Source of the DNA: Hormiphora californensis
Taxonomy: Eukaryota; Animalia; Ctenophora
DNA length: 64,000 nucleotides
Assembly (NCBI GenBank): GCA_020137815.1
Contig: CM035352.1
Coordinates: 4,340,001 to 4,404,000 of the forward strand
Reading direction: 5' to 3'
Shown in pieces: positions 1 to 14,123 of the stretch. The notes beneath the pieces are model-generated. The model saw only the letters and a list, made by a program, of their open reading frames with translations, ran no database searches and was not told the DNA's origin. A program made the translations under genes and the position numbers. Each line of letters begins with the position of its first letter. Position 1 is the stretch's first letter.

Positions 1-1191
1 CCCACTGTCTTTGCGTGACCTATGATTTTGAGTGATGAGTGGGTTCCATTCAAATGCTCATAACTCATCGAAAAATTGGTCAAAACGGCTCAACCAAAAA
101 CAGTGTTGTAGAGAATTGTCAGGCGAACATTTGGGTACAAGATTGATGTTCCAAGTCTTACCAACCGTCAGATATATCGTCTTAAAGTCAAAAATACGTG
201 TTCATGAAATCCGACCGGGGTTCACGTTTTGAAAAATTCACAAATGCAAAGTTGCTCGGATCACATTGCATCCCTCATAAGAGTTGTAGGAAATTGTCTG
301 GCGGTCATTTTGGTACCCGAGTTTTTGTCCTAGCTCAATGTTTAGAGTGTCTTATGACTGTCAGAACTGGAATTTTCACAAAAGTGGTCTCAGGTATCGC
401 ATTACATTTTGCCCTGTTATGAAGCTCATTGCTGCTTGAATAACATCTTAGTGCATGATAGGGTTGAGATAGACCACTTGCGTATCCTACACATTAACAG
501 GGGCCTTGCCAAATCGTCATAACAACCCTGTCAAGTGTCTAGATGAAATTGAGACGATATGTGCTGATTATCATGGGATTACACACGACACCGAGCCACC
601 TAATTAGGCGTTGTGAGCCGATACCAACTAAGACTCAGCGTAGACAAATCCTTATGTTCCTACAGTCATAACGCAACTAAAACGTAGAGCTATGGATAAA
701 ATCATGGTATCAAAATGAACCTTAGACGATTCCAATGAAGCCCTTATAAATTTCAAACCATTTTACCCATTTGTTGATGACACGTGATCCCCTCAAAAAT
801 GTTGGTTGAATTTCGTCTTTAGACAGTCATAAGACAGTCTAAACATTAAGCTAGGACAAAAACCCGGGTACCAAAGTGACCGCCAGACAGTTTCCTACAA
901 CTCTTATGAGGGATGCAATGTGATCCGAGCAACTTTGCATATGTGAATTTTTCAAAACGTGAACCCCGGTCGGATTTCATGAACACGTATTTTTGACTTT
1001 AAGACGATATATCTGACGGTTGGTAAAACTTGGAACATCAATCTTGTACCCAAATGTTCGCCTGACAATTCTCTACAACACTGTTTTTGGTTGAGCCGTT
1101 TTGACCAATTTTTCGATGAGTTATGAGCATTTGAATGGAACCCACTCATCACCCAAAATCACAGGTCACGCAAAGACAGTGGGACACCCTG
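1..1191. mobile_element. Non-autonomous Tc1/mariner-like foldback element with ~365-bp terminal inverted repeats (left tip cut by the window edge)
   Basis: 1-~365 is the near-perfect reverse complement of ~820-1183, and both give the same 66-aa spurious ORF. The right end reads ...GGGACACCCTG|TA, a CAGGGTGTCCC terminus followed by TA. Confidence 0.8.
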
Positions 1192-2466
1192 TAGTAACTT
1201 GGTCTGTAGATCGTGTGTTTGGGACAGTCACCCTAATATGGGGTACAAAACTCAGTGACTGCTTGCAGAGTTATAGTAGTTGTACAAAGATACCAAAGAG
1301 TGCTTTATTTGGTAGTTTAGTGGTGTGTATAATTAGTAGTTATTTGAGTTGTATATCTGTAGTTGTATTGGTACGTGACGCGGGCCTGTTGTGACATCAT
1401 ATCGTGTGTACAAAATGATGTAATGGGGGCGTGTGACGTTATTGCAGTGATCTATATATTGTTGTACAGAACAAAACAGGAAGCTTTTAGAAGTGAGAGG
1501 GATTGAAAACATTAACAATAGTACTACGACTCGTAGCGATACTTTTTGTATGAGAATCTATGAGATATTCAACTATATTTGCTGGCAAAGTTATTAACAG
1601 TTGAGTGATTTATTCAAACACGGTAAATTTTAATTCGTCCATGATCTAATATTCCATGCTGAAGTTGAACTGGAGCCAGCTGCGGGCTGCCGCGGTAAGC
1701 TGCAATCATCAGCCAGTCCTGTGACCAAAAGCGCACCGCCCACACACGACCGCGCGCAGAAAGTGAGTGCTTACAAGTAACTCACTTTGACATTTGGAAA
1801 TCTGCGCGCATTCCAGATACCACTGTAACATAGAATGTCAGGTGTGTCAGTGCCATATTTCCAATGAACGCAGCTGTAGAGTCACATGGGCAATTCAGTG
1901 TGACGTCAATTGAAGCACCTATATTGTAGTGAGAGATAGACCACAATTGCGGGTTAACCCCAATTACATATGCAGTCTATATAATACTTGTGCAATACTT
2001 ACGCAATGCATTTGCCTACTTGTGCAATAGTGAATACTGCTGCAGCAGTAGGAGTACTATCATGATTATTCATCATGCTAAATGTGTAATATATTGTGTG
2101 TTCAAGTATTAATTCATAATTGTACTAGAACTAGAACTAGAACACACCTTCCACAATGAGAAAAGAGAGGCCATATAACAATGGAATGTCACTTGTTACA
2201 AGTGACATTCCATTGTCTACATTTACACTTTACAGGAGTAAACACTAAACAGACAAGAGCTGTAAAGAACTGACAGATATGAACAATCAAATTTTAACGA
2301 ACATTGACCTACAAATAACAGACAGGAACCAAGTATCATGACCAACAAAGTAAAAGACAGACTTTCAGGTACATGATACGAACAGATAAAATAGTAGTTG
2401 GACTAGTTGGAATAGTTAGATTGGCTAATATTAGTAAACTATATTCCAGATGGAACATTACATTAC

Positions 2467-2575
2467 CAGGAACCGACCGAATCGGGAAATACTGGTCCCT
2501 GATTGGCTGATAACCAGTCACATGACCTAAATAACGAGTTCTGATTGGTTGTTTACTTGTGTCGGTCGGTTCCTG
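2467..2575. mobile_element. 109-bp MITE (CAGGAACCGACCGA termini)
   Basis: TIR CAGGAACCGACCGA...TCGGTCGGTTCCTG, flanked by the direct repeat AACATTACATTAC (2454-2466, 2576-2588). Confidence 0.8.
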
Positions 2576-2909
2576 AACATTACATTACCAGCTGCATCAA
2601 GAGCTGAAAGACATTACCACAGTTTGGCAACCGGCCAGTATAATTCACAACGAGGAGATGACAGCTTCAAGATAAACAGGTTTTCATTTTTTGTGGAAAT
2701 ATATATGGCATAAATATGTAACACATCACAATTCAATATTATTTTTACACTACAACTGAAACACAAAACCAATTCGCAATTACTAAAATCCTTCAAATAT
2801 TCTGAGCTCACATTGTCTCTCTCAATTTTAAATAAATTACACAATCTTACAATTCACAGTTCTCTCTCTTTAAAGTCTCTGTCACTTCAAACAATGTCTG
2901 AACTCTCCT

Positions 2910-5900
2910 TCACCTCTCAGCCTCATTTTCTGCCGCTACAAACTCTGGAAAGCTGGTCTGAGACCCTGAGTTCCGGAGGGTAGGACTTGCTAAATACCGG
3001 ATTGGTTCGTATTTGTACATTTTGTACTTCTCCTCAGGATCTACCCAACCTCCAAACGCTGCCTCAAGTTCCCGGGCCACTGCAATCGTTAACCGATCCT
3101 GGTTCACTCCTCCAATAATCTAAATATGAGAGGTGTGTGTGTTTGGCTTGAAACATATACTACACTGTAGACAAGGAGTGTAGATCTCAATACTAAAAAA
3201 GGAGCGAGGGTCCTTGGATATATGCATGATAGAATGAGACAATCTCCCTATACCCTAGAAGCTAGGGTCTCACCTCTAGGTCAAGTAACTAATAACTAAG
3301 TTTACAAACCTGGATACCGAGAGGTAATCCATTTTTATCAAGTCCAAGGGGAACCTGGGTCACAGGAACGCCAATAATGTTCCAAATAGCGGTGTAGGCA
3401 AAATTAAAGCCGGTAAAACAGGGCATGTGGTGCCTGAAAAGGAAGGTTTGAGTGAAAAGTTCAACAAAGATGTTAATCAATTAGTAGTATGATTTGAAGA
3501 ATTGTTATTAGTTTATTAATTTCATAAATTTATTTTCTTACTTAGGAGCGGTCATGGGATGTGAAGGGTAGATTAGAACTGTATTTTTATCCAACAATTC
3601 GTGGATCTGTTCTCTCAATTCCTTTCCCAGCGCTAGAAGTTGGTCCAAACTTGCCTTGGCCATCGGTATACCTTCCAGTAGTCCTGACGAAGGGAGGGGA
3701 TTAATTGATTTCAAACTAAACTGAAGAAGGGAGGGGATTAATTTATTTCAAACTAAACTGAAGAAGGGAAGGGATTATTTGAATTTAATCTAAATAAGTA
3801 AAGCTAAACAGTGTGCTGTGTGTTTGGTAAACAGTAAACACAAAGGTCACAGCTAGATAGATCCCACGTCACTCCTAGTTATGAAAACTACACAATTATA
3901 TGCAACTAGTTTACTAATTAATTAATTACCTGTTATGACGACGTATGCAGTATGATCTGATTTCCCTATCAGCTTCTTTAGTGCCTCGAGATACATGTTT
4001 TTACAGGGTAAATCATAAGGAGAGCTGTCGGCATTTTCCTTGGTTGCGCTTAACCACTGGTTAAACTTGGGCATACCTAATTGAAATGTTAAATAATTAG
4101 TTAACTAGTGATTATTGTGAGCGGACAGCCGGACAACTTTTAAAGGTTTTTTAAAATGTAAATTAACTTAGCAAAACAAACTGTATTATTCACATTCTTT
4201 ATTTCTGATCTATAACATAAAGGTGCCATGACACCCACATGACACCCACATGTCACCCACATGACACCCACATGACACCCACATGTCACCCACATGACAC
4301 CCACATGACACCATGACACTTACCATTGTTGTTAATGTGAGCCATCCAAATGGGAAGGGAGTATCTCAATAGTAGAATCTCTTTGTGCTCTACCTGATAA
4401 ATATGTAGGTTGTTGGTAGATGGAATAGTGGTTGTGTTAGTTTGGTTTAAATTTCCTTATTCCTATGGAGCGAGTTGTGTTTGGGTCTCAACAATACCTC
4501 CTAGGATGAGCTCCCGCCTCCCGGGTATGAGACCATTCTTACACAACTCGAAAGTGATATATTTGCGTGTTTTACATGTAGGATCACACATCGCTAACAC
4601 ATGAACTGAAGTGGAACATGACACGACACAAGTGTTCCAACTTTTCGAAAATCATGCCGTTCGTCAATGAACAACAAAACATCAGGGGAACTTTTAACTG
4701 ATATAATGTCTTGGACATTTCATCAAAATCATAATCCTGGTTGCCTACCGTTGCGCCACAGTTCGATTCCAGATAGTTAACGACCCGGCGCTGGGCAAGT
4801 TTCAGTTCGCGGTCTACGGGCGATGTAAAAACACTCCACCCATCAAACTGTGACCAACCGTCATCTTCAACTGATATGTAGCGAACTTTTGAGATCTGTG
4901 TAGGAAAAGAAAGGGTCAATTCGACCTCGGTATGGAATAGTTTTGTGTTACTACATGCACCAAGCGAATATAAACAATACAATAATGGTTGTGAAAATGA
5001 ATTGGTAGATTCTAAATAAAATCTCTAAACTTGTCATATTTTGTGATAAAACACCGGAATACAAGCCCATATATCATGCTCATATATTTGCCACCTAATT
5101 ATGTCTTATTTGGGATCCTGCAACCCACTCTACATAACCATTGTGTACATAATATATCGAGCTCTGAGCAGTCAGTATAGCTCTAACCAATTCTTTGATT
5201 ACGAAATAACCCATCTTAAGAGGGAGGGGTAACTTCGTAAGCAAACTAATTCTATAATAGTACAGTAGGGTTTGTACAAAGTTACCCCTCCTCGCACAGA
5301 GCAGTCTGCGAGTGTCTCGTGAATACAATTTGACACTCGGCCAATATCTATTGTCAATGGTTATATTGTCGATAGGTATTTGTTGGTACATTACACTTCC
5401 ACAGACAGTCATGTGGCATTTTTAACAAAAGGTGCGGCTTCAAACACGTGCTACACAGCAGTTATGTGAGGGTTGGACAAAGGCCAGCATTGCACGCCAG
5501 CTTTCTCTTTCGATACAACCTTTGTATCTCTCTCTATCTCTCCTTCTCCTTCTTTCCTCCTGGTATCACGAGTTTTACTACGTTATATTACGGACTAAAT
5601 GAATTCTAATGTACGCTCTTAGCCAACCTCGTGATGGGGTAATGACGCAGGTGCTGGCACATAAAACTACATAGTTTAAATTCTTCCTCCGAATAACATC
5701 GTTGAGTAAGAATGACTACTGACTAGTATTAAGTAACTCCACTTCCCCGAATAAAACCCCGCCCCTTTTCCCTAACTAGACTGACAATTAAATCCTCCGT
5801 TTCAGTGACTCCCCTCCCTAGACTGACATTGTAGGTGACATAATATGTGAGGCCGCGAAGCGTACGAGATGTTACTGTCAGTGCTTGACTAGTAATATGT

Positions 5901-8900
5901 ACAATGTACATTTATATGTATACTACATATTTTAGTTATATAATGGACATAATGTACTCACATCCACACTGAACGGTGTTGAGAAATCAACAGGTCCGTT
6001 TTTGAAGGCCATAGCCTGGAGCATGGGTTCCAGATCTGCGGCATATCTGCAAATTGGTCCTAGCCCCAGATACATATCCTCCATCCCGGTGTCACCCGGA
6101 AACTGGCCTGAAATTGTGTATTTAGCAAAATGAAATCAGAATTGGGGGGGGGGGGGGGGTCAACACTCATTAACACGCCCTAACCCTTAATTTTTCCCCT
6201 CCAAATATAAGTGATGGGGATGGCACCACCACCCCTGCTTGCTTTCCTCTCTGCTTCGAGTTCCGCCCACCTCCCCCACACATCCCCTCCCCGCCCGCGA
6301 CCCCCCCCCCGCGCCCCGGGGGCGAGAGGGGTTCCCCCCTCTCGCTCTCCCCCTGGGGTCTCGCCCTTCTCTCTCTCCTCTCCTTCTTCTCGCTCCCCGG
6401 CTGGTCTCTCTCTCTCTCTCCTCTCTCCTCTATTTCTGCTTACTCTATCTATAACATGTACTCTTTCATCTCTTACAACTTAATCCTCTTTCTGCGTCTC
6501 GATACTATTTCTCGTCGCGCGTCATTCTCTCCCTCGGCTCTCTCTAGTCTCTTTCTCCATCCTTGTATCTCCTATCTGGCCTTTCAAGCTCAAATAAGTA
6601 CAATCTTTATAGTTTGGCGTTCGGCTGCTGTAGTACATAGGTGCCTCTGGGTTTACTTCGCTGCGTTCCTTGGCTTTCTTTGCTGTGGTTTTGCCTCGGC
6701 CTGGCCTCGTGCATCTAAACAATTAATGCCGTTTTTAACTGGCATCTAATCAATAATGTGTTTCCTTTCGGGGCCCCCCTCTCTCTTTTCTTCCCTCTTC
6801 CTTTCCGTATCGTCTCCGTTCCCCCTCGTCTTTGCTCCGGGCTCGGGAGCACGAGCGTCCGATCCGGCTCTTCACAAACAGCGAACGGCGGAGGCGAGAG
6901 GAGCAGATCGAGAGAGAGAGGCGTAGAGAGCAGGCAGGATGACGAGAGGAGCGAGACTCGCGAGGGAGCGCGCGTGGAGCGAGAGAGAGCGCAGCGAGAG
7001 TAGCGGGCGGAGCGCATCTCCGACTGGTCCTTTCGTCTCGCGAAGCACTCTGCGTCTGCGATGCTGCAAGTGAAGCGTTCAGAGTCGCGTCGTCTCGCTC
7101 GCGGCTCGGCTCTCCGACGGTGCCTAGTTACTCTGATCTCTCTCTCTTCTCTCTTCCTCCAATCTCTAACAAGGGGCAAAAAAAGAAATCAACCACTCAT
7201 ATCAAAAAACATTACTGTGTGCGTGATGTTACAGTCATGCAGAATGACAACAAGCAGGGTATTAAAGCTCTCTAGGTATGTAATGATTCCATCGGTTTGT
7301 TTGTGTGACATTTCTAAGAAATGCTAGAGATATGCGAGAATTACTCGAGAGACGAAGGGGAGTAAAATGGTTGAAAAGATGGAGAGGAGGCTCAAAGCAA
7401 GCCGAAAAGGTTCATACTTGTGTTATTTACACTGTACAGGGTGGTCCAGAATGAATTATACTTTTCGAATTAGGAGGGATTGAAGGGTTGGAGCTAGAAT
7501 CATAATTTACTTACTAGCGCGGCCCTTATAATTAGAATCACCAAACTTTGACTTGCCTTGTTCAGCCCTGTCTTACCGATCACAAATGTAAAGGAGGGTA
7601 AGAATCACCAAACTTCGACTAACCTTTGTTGGATACCAGGAGAGGAGATGGCTTGTGCCCAAAAACACCGTTAAAGAAGGCTGGCATACGGATGCTGCCC
7701 CCAATATCACTTCCAATACCCATTGGGCTACAAGCTGAGGATACAGCTGCTGCCTGGAGAAAAGGGAAACATCACACCACACACACATTATCATACCACA
7801 CAACATACAAGTGTGATGAGTATTTGATTCACGGGTGCGGGGATATGGGATTTAGCCACAAATTCCTCATTAAAACTATCATATTGTTTTCTAATAAACA
7901 GAATAGTACATATTTTGTACTAACCTCTCCGCCAGAACTTCCCCCAACAATACATCTGAGGTCGTAAGGGTTGCAGGTGAAACCATACACGGGATTGTGA
8001 GATTCCCACCACATGGCAAGCTCACTGCAAGAAAGGGGGTCGTCAGTTGAGTGATTAGAATATGTGATTAAATTGATCGAAGAGCTTATAACAGAACTTA
8101 TCGTGTTCATACTTCACAAGAACATCACCTTTCACCTTTTAGATATGCTTTCAATCAATAGTATGTAACATCACATCACCTTGTGTTAGTTAGGCCGATG
8201 ATAATTGCACCAGCAGATCTCATTCCCTTAACAACATCCGCGTCCTCCTTACAAACATGACCAATACGTCTCTTTAGCCCAGCAGTCGCTGTCAGTCCCT
8301 AGAATTGGGAAAGGGATGGAAGTGTGGGAGGTAGATAAAGAGAGCAGGGAGGTAGATGAGTGTGCAATGTGCATGTGGCAGAGAGATTGGGAGTGAGAGA
8401 ATTGAGAAGAAGTGAAAAGAAATGAGTACAGCGCATGTTGAATGATGCAATATTTTAGTACAGCCCACCTGACTTTTCAATACACCTGATTGCTATAAAA
8501 TACACTGTAAGGTGTACAAGGTGGGCCACGGATTGTTGGTAAGGGTTAGCGAGTTGTCTCGTCAAAACGGTGATAGTTGTGAAAATAAAAATTATGGAAG
8601 CACTCTGGATCAATTTCTTGGTAACTTTTTCCATAATTTTTTGTCAAAAATTCGAAAATTCATTTTTCATTCCTTCATTCATTTCTCGTTCATTTATGAT
8701 GTGAGCATCCTAATTTTCCATCATGGTGCTATTTTTCTTTGGCTTGAATTTATCTTTCCAATGAACACCATAAAAATGAAATTGAAGCACCAGGTCACGT
8801 TGCAGTTGAGAAAATGCTCATGCATGATTTTGGCTCTTCCTGCGACTTTCAATGAGCTGTATCACGGCTCCCTTTTGTTCAATCTTTTTCAAAATTTGGG

Positions 8901-11900
8901 TGAACATTGGATAAACAAAGATCTTTGCTCACAAGAAAAATCAAGGTCAAAACTCAAAGTTCATTTTTCATTTTTGGTAGTTCATTCCACTCATTCAGGA
9001 ACTAACATCCCTAAAGTCATGAAAAGTTTTGGGTTTTGTTTGGCCTATGCTCTGCAATGCCAGAGAGGTGTAGTAGCGTGTTTCCGGGCTAGTTTTTGGG
9101 TGTCCATGTGATCATGATGATACCTGACACCTTATTTGGGCCATAATTAAGAGATTTTCTCAAGTTGAAGTATGTGACTTGGGTTTTCTGTGATTGATAT
9201 CGTGAAACAATGTTATGGGATCCCATAGCACCCCTAAAATGATGATTAATTCAACAAAATGAGTTGATTTATGATCGAAATTGTTCGTTTAGTTGAGTTT
9301 GTCTTCGGTTTAAATCTTTTCAATAATAAATCAACTCATTTTGTTGAATTAATCATCATTTTAGGGGTGCTATGGGATCCCATAACATTGTTTCACGATA
9401 TCAATCACAGAAAACCCAAGTCACATGCTTCAACTTGAGAAAATCTCTTAATTATGGCCCAAATAAGGTGTCAGGTATCATCATGATCACATGGACACCC
9501 AAAAACTAGCCCGGAAACACGCTACTACACCTCTCTGGCATTGCAGAGCATAGGCCAAACAAAACCTAAAACTTTTCATGTCTTTAGGGATGTTAGTTCC
9601 TGAATGAGTGGAATGAACTACCAAAATTAAAAATGAACTTTGAGTTTTGACCTTGATTTTTCTTGTGAGCAAAGATCTTTGTTTATCCAATGTTCACCCA
9701 AATTTTGAAAAAGATTGAACAAAAGGGAGCCGTGATACAGCTCATTGAAAGTCGCAGGAAGAGCCAAAATCATGCATGAGCATTTTCTCAACTGCAACGT
9801 GGCCTGGTGCTTCAATTTCATTTTTATGGTGTTCATTGGAAAGATAAATTCAAGCCAAAGAAAAATAGCACCATGATGGAAAATTAGGATGCTCACATCA
9901 TAAATGAACGAGAAATGAATGAAGGAATGAAAAATGAATTTTCGAATTTTTGACAAAAAATTATGGAAAAAGTTACCAAGAAATTGATCCAGAGTGCTCC
10001 CATGATTTTTATTCTCGCAACTATCACCGTTTTGACGGGACAACTCGCTAACCCTTACCAACAATCCGTGGCCCACCTTGTACAATGTACATTGTACAGT
10101 AGTCACTGTACAGTGTAAAAGATATACATTGTACAATGATCAGCTGATGATCTATTTGTTTTGAATAGTGAAACGATTATTCTCGATTGACATTGTACTA
10201 GATTTAGTCCAAAAACCAATTAAATAAATTAGTTTGGATGCCCGGGCCCATGTGGTGTCACGGGGGTAAAACCTTTAGGCTACTGTCATAAATAATGGCA
10301 TATCTCGTTTATTTTTCAATACACATCTCTCGTTTTTCTTTTCTCTTTCTCTCCATCCCTCTATCTCTTTCTCCCTCTTTTCCTCTTTCTCCCACTCTCC
10401 ACCTCCATATTTCCCTCTTTCTCTTTTTTTCTCTCTTTTATTTATATTTCTCTTACTATCTCTCCGTCTTTCTCGATATATCTCACTCTTTATATATAAA
10501 GAGTGAGATATATCACAATTTGTTTTTCTTTATCTCTCTCGATATTCATCATTTATGACAGTAGCCTAAAGGTTTTACCCCCGTGACACCAAATGGGCCC
10601 GGGCATCCAAACTAATTTATTTAATTGGTTTTTGGACTAAATTTCTGTTCTTTTTGGTGTAATAAATCGACTATTTTGAGTCGGAATATACCCAAGAAAA
10701 CGTTTTAGGGTCAGCCGAAGTGGAAATTTTAAAGGGTATGCATAAAATCATGAATTTGAGCATAAATATGCAAATAACGGCTAAACGGTGCGAGATACGA
10801 ATTTTTGTCCGGGGGACGACCCCCCCCACAAATCGACTATTTTGAGTCGGAATATACCCAAGAAAACGTTCTAGGGTCAGCCGAAGTGGAAATTTTAAAG
10901 AATATGCATAAATTTGAGCATAAATATGCAAATAACGGCTAAACGGTGCGAGATACGAATTTTTGTCCGGGGGACGACCCCCCATAAATCGACTATTTTG
11001 AGTCGGAAAATACCCAAGAAAACGTTCTAGGGTCAGCCGAAGTGGACATTTTAACGGTTATGCATAAAATCATGAATTTGAGCATAAATATGCAAATAAT
11101 GGCTAAACGGTGCGAGATACGAATTTTTGTCTGGGGGACGACCCCCCATAAATCGACTATTTTGAGTCGGAATATACCCATGAAAAAGTTTTAGGACGAG
11201 CCGAAGTGGAGATATAACGCAATTAAGTTATTAAAATGAATAATTAATGAATAATTAATGAATAATTAATGAACTATGGCGATTTCGAAGTTTTCACATA
11301 GCCTATACCACGCCAAATAATGCAAGGAACCAATGTTCCAAACGGCAAGTCTCTACTATTTCTGGTTTAGGAGAACACTCAATCTCCTCCCCTCCCCTCC
11401 CGTCCCCTCCCTTACATTTTTGCATTTTGGGACCCCTCTGGCAAATTCTTACCTTACATCCGATCATTCTGAAATTTTGTATGCCTCTTCTCCTATATGA
11501 GGGCCCTTAGAGTACAAAATTTCATCCCTCTAATTCATCTGGAACATACATTTTTAAAGCATCAAAAACCCCGAAATTTGCAATGGTATATAGTAGCACT
11601 GGCAGGTTAACGCGCTTGTGTGTAGAAGTGTTGCGTGTGCTCTCTCTTTTATTTTTTGAGTTAGAGGGTATTTCTAAGGTGGGGGCTCTGCCCCCACACC
11701 CCCGTTTAAGGTGGGGGCTGCGCCCCCACACCCCCCTTTTGGGCCCGGGGCACTTGCCAGTGCTATGATATACTGTAGGATTTTATTATGCCTATAAGTT
11801 GTACCTGAAAACTTATAGCACGAGACCGAAGGTCGAGTGTTATAAGTACAACAATAATGATCCGAGACCACAGGTCGAGGCAGATTCTTGTACTTTAGTG

Positions 11901-13346
11901 CACGAGCCTGCGAGTGCCACTAAGTCTAACTACCTCACGAGCCTGCGAGTGATGTAGTTTTACTTTTTGACCGAGCCTGCGAGGTCTAAAAGTGTAAGAA
12001 TCTGGGACATTATTGTTGACGTCAGGTACAACGAAAATAGGCATAATAAAATTGCATTGTAAAATTTTTAAAACAAGAGTGAGAGACAGTTTAGGGCGTA
12101 ACAATAGAACGAATTCATGATAAGGTAGCAGGCAGAGATAAGATAACGCCTGAGATATATAGGTAAAGAGAGTGAGAGATTAGCGAGAGTGAGAGAGAGA
12201 TAAAGAATGTGTGATTCTGGGAGTTCGTGACTGTTATCTTGATCTCGGTGTTGCAACGGCTTGAGAGTGTGACATAAAGAAAGAGAGAGAGAGGGAGTTC
12301 GTAAATGCTTATCTTTCTAACGGTTTTTAAGTGTGACAGAAACAGTGGAGTAAGGACTTCTAAGTGCAGCAGTGTTATAAGTTTTCATGTATCACTGGGG
12401 GGTGTTATAAGTGAAAACTTATAACACTGGGGGGTGTTATAAGTGAAAACTTATAACACTGGGGGGTGTTATAAGTTGTACAAGAAGTGCTACCTAAAGA
12501 ATTATATTATATCTCAAAATTTTACAATGTACATTGTACTAGATAATAAAATACCTTGCAGAATATGATCTCCTTGCAGGTCATGGGAACCCCCAGATAA
12601 GGCATATTCTCCACGGTATATCGAGGATCTTGATTGAAACCATCTGATCTCATTAACTCATCAATACGATTTGCCTCGTCTAGGGCCTTAGCAAATGCAG
12701 TCTGAACAACTGCGTTAACCAAAGGATTCACCTGAAAAGCGTGGTGATAAAAGATATATTGGCAAAGTAGCAATCTTCCGGAGAACATATAAATGTTGAG
12801 GCCTAAGAGTGTCCGTGTTTCCGCTAGGTTTGTATGAGTTACACACCCAGTGCCCTAACGTGATGTGTAGCACATTATTATTATTGAATCTGAACACAAA
12901 TGAAAATCATAATTAACAATATATAGTTATAGCACACATACCTCTACTATCCTATCAATATAAAGCTCCACTAGTTCTGTGCTGGTAACCTCCCGTTTTC
13001 GAATCAGTTTGGCCAAATCGATGCCTGGCATCTTAAGGTAGACTGACCGGATGGGCGGGAATGATTTAATGGGTCGTTTAGGTGCAAACCATCCCACCAT
13101 CCATTGTAGGGACCAGTAAACGAATCCTATGAATAAGGTTAATAATTGATATATTTCAACAAACAAATATGAATTTCAAAACTGCACGGACGAGTGAACA
13201 GTCTTCGGAATGCGGGGCACGTACTCACCTCTGAGTATTTTGTTGATGAAGATGACATACATGATACTCCAAACTATTATCTGTCGGAACCAGCTCATAG
13301 GAAGGTTGACCTTCCTTCTCGGTAATACCTCTGTCTTTTCCGCCAT
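2910..13346 (-). CDS. FAAH2: Fatty-acid amide hydrolase 2-like amidase (amidase-signature family), 13 exons, ~604 aa
   Basis: Exons 13346-13229, 13126-12942, 12731-12555, 8298-8180, 8024-7925, 7753-7624, 6107-5962, 4895-4749, 4393-4324, 4076-3930, 3683-3542, 3433-3310, 3119-2910. All are GT-AG and phase-consistent (1815 nt). Motifs: PYLGVPMTCKE (catalytic Lys), GAIIIGLTNTSELAMWWES, GGSSGGE, GSDIGGSIRMPAFFNGVFGHKPS (Ser nucleophile), YTAIWN..GVPVTQVPLGLDKNGLPLGIQ, plus a hydrophobic N-terminal anchor. Confidence 0.93.
4226..4320. repeat. Short minisatellite (CATGACACCCA-type unit) in an amidase intron
   Basis: About 8 tandem copies of catgacaccca/catgtcaccca. Confidence 0.85.
8517..10080. mobile_element. 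1.56-kb foldback (Tc1/mariner-type termini) with ~755-bp arms, in amidase intron 3
   Basis: TA|CAAGGTGGGCC...GGCCCACCTTG|TA. Arms are 8517-~9272 and ~9326-10080 with a ~50-bp spacer, and differ by a few substitutions. Confidence 0.9.
10202..10642. mobile_element. Inverted-repeat element (~90-bp arms) around a CT-rich spacer
   Basis: ATTTAGTCCAAAAACC...TGTCATAAAT (10202-10293) is mirrored at 10551-10642. Confidence 0.75.
10664..11211. repeat. ~160-bp tandem repeat (about 3.4 units), probably internal to a DNA element
   Basis: AAATCGACTATTTTGAGTCGGAA recurs at ~10664, 10830, 10986 and 11150. Confidence 0.85.
11770..12520. mobile_element. Hairpin-rich non-autonomous element (Crypton-like non-autonomous style, tentative)
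   Basis: Hairpins TATAGCACGAGACCGAAGGTCGAGTGTTATA and CGAGCCTGCGAG x3; IR ATTTTATTATGCCTAT/ATAGGCATAATAAAAT; tandem TTATAACACTGGGGGGTGTTATAA units. The family assignment is inference. Confidence 0.4.
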
Positions 13347-14123
13347 TTTGTGTGCTAAAAGTCTTGCATTCAAGTTATAGTTTCTTTATTCTCATCATGA
13401 TCAAAAACGCCACACGGACAGATAAAACAAAAAATAAATCAAAATGACATGGGGTGGTCGCATAGCTTTCAGTTGGGTATGATATCCCCTCTTTCTTCTA
13501 TCCTCCTGCGCTGTCTCTCTCAGTCTCATGTTATCGCGCGCGCTACGTTTAGTTCCCAAAAAGAGAGGGTGCACCGTACCCAAAGCTTTCAGTTGTTTAG
13601 TTCAAACCCGTGCGGCCTGCGGGGCACGGGGAACCGGGAAACAGGGTCGAGCAAGACATTAAGGCAAGCTATTAGCTGATAACTTGCCAGCTACTACGGG
13701 TCGGCCAATTGCCAGAGGGGTCGGCCAAACAACAGAGCGGGAGTGTAGAGTGTAAGACCGCTCCAGAATAAACAATTCTGCTTTTCTCAGTGCAGTCGGA
13801 TACCGATTCTCGATTTACGGACAAAAATTTTTCCCCAAACATCCAGGTAAAATTGAATCTGACTGAATTTTCTTAAAAGAATGAGCCGGGGAGTCATCAG
13901 TAGGGGACAGGGAGCTCGGAATACTAAAATGCGAAAATTTAAAATGGAAATTCAAAATTGGAAGAAAAAAAGTTTCAAAACGCTTTTTTTGGATTTCGGG
14001 AGATTTTAAAGAATCCAACAGCGCGCGGCTTAAAAAGCAGCGCTTTTATCATTTATGTCCGGGCGTTCCATATTGCGCGTGTTTTGGCGTTATAAAAACC
14101 CGGTCCAGATTTTATTTGACGAA

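Noticed and set aside
8512-10136. 199-aa and 169-aa ORFs as a possible transposase
   Set aside because: They are mirror translations of foldback arms with no DDE or HTH motif.
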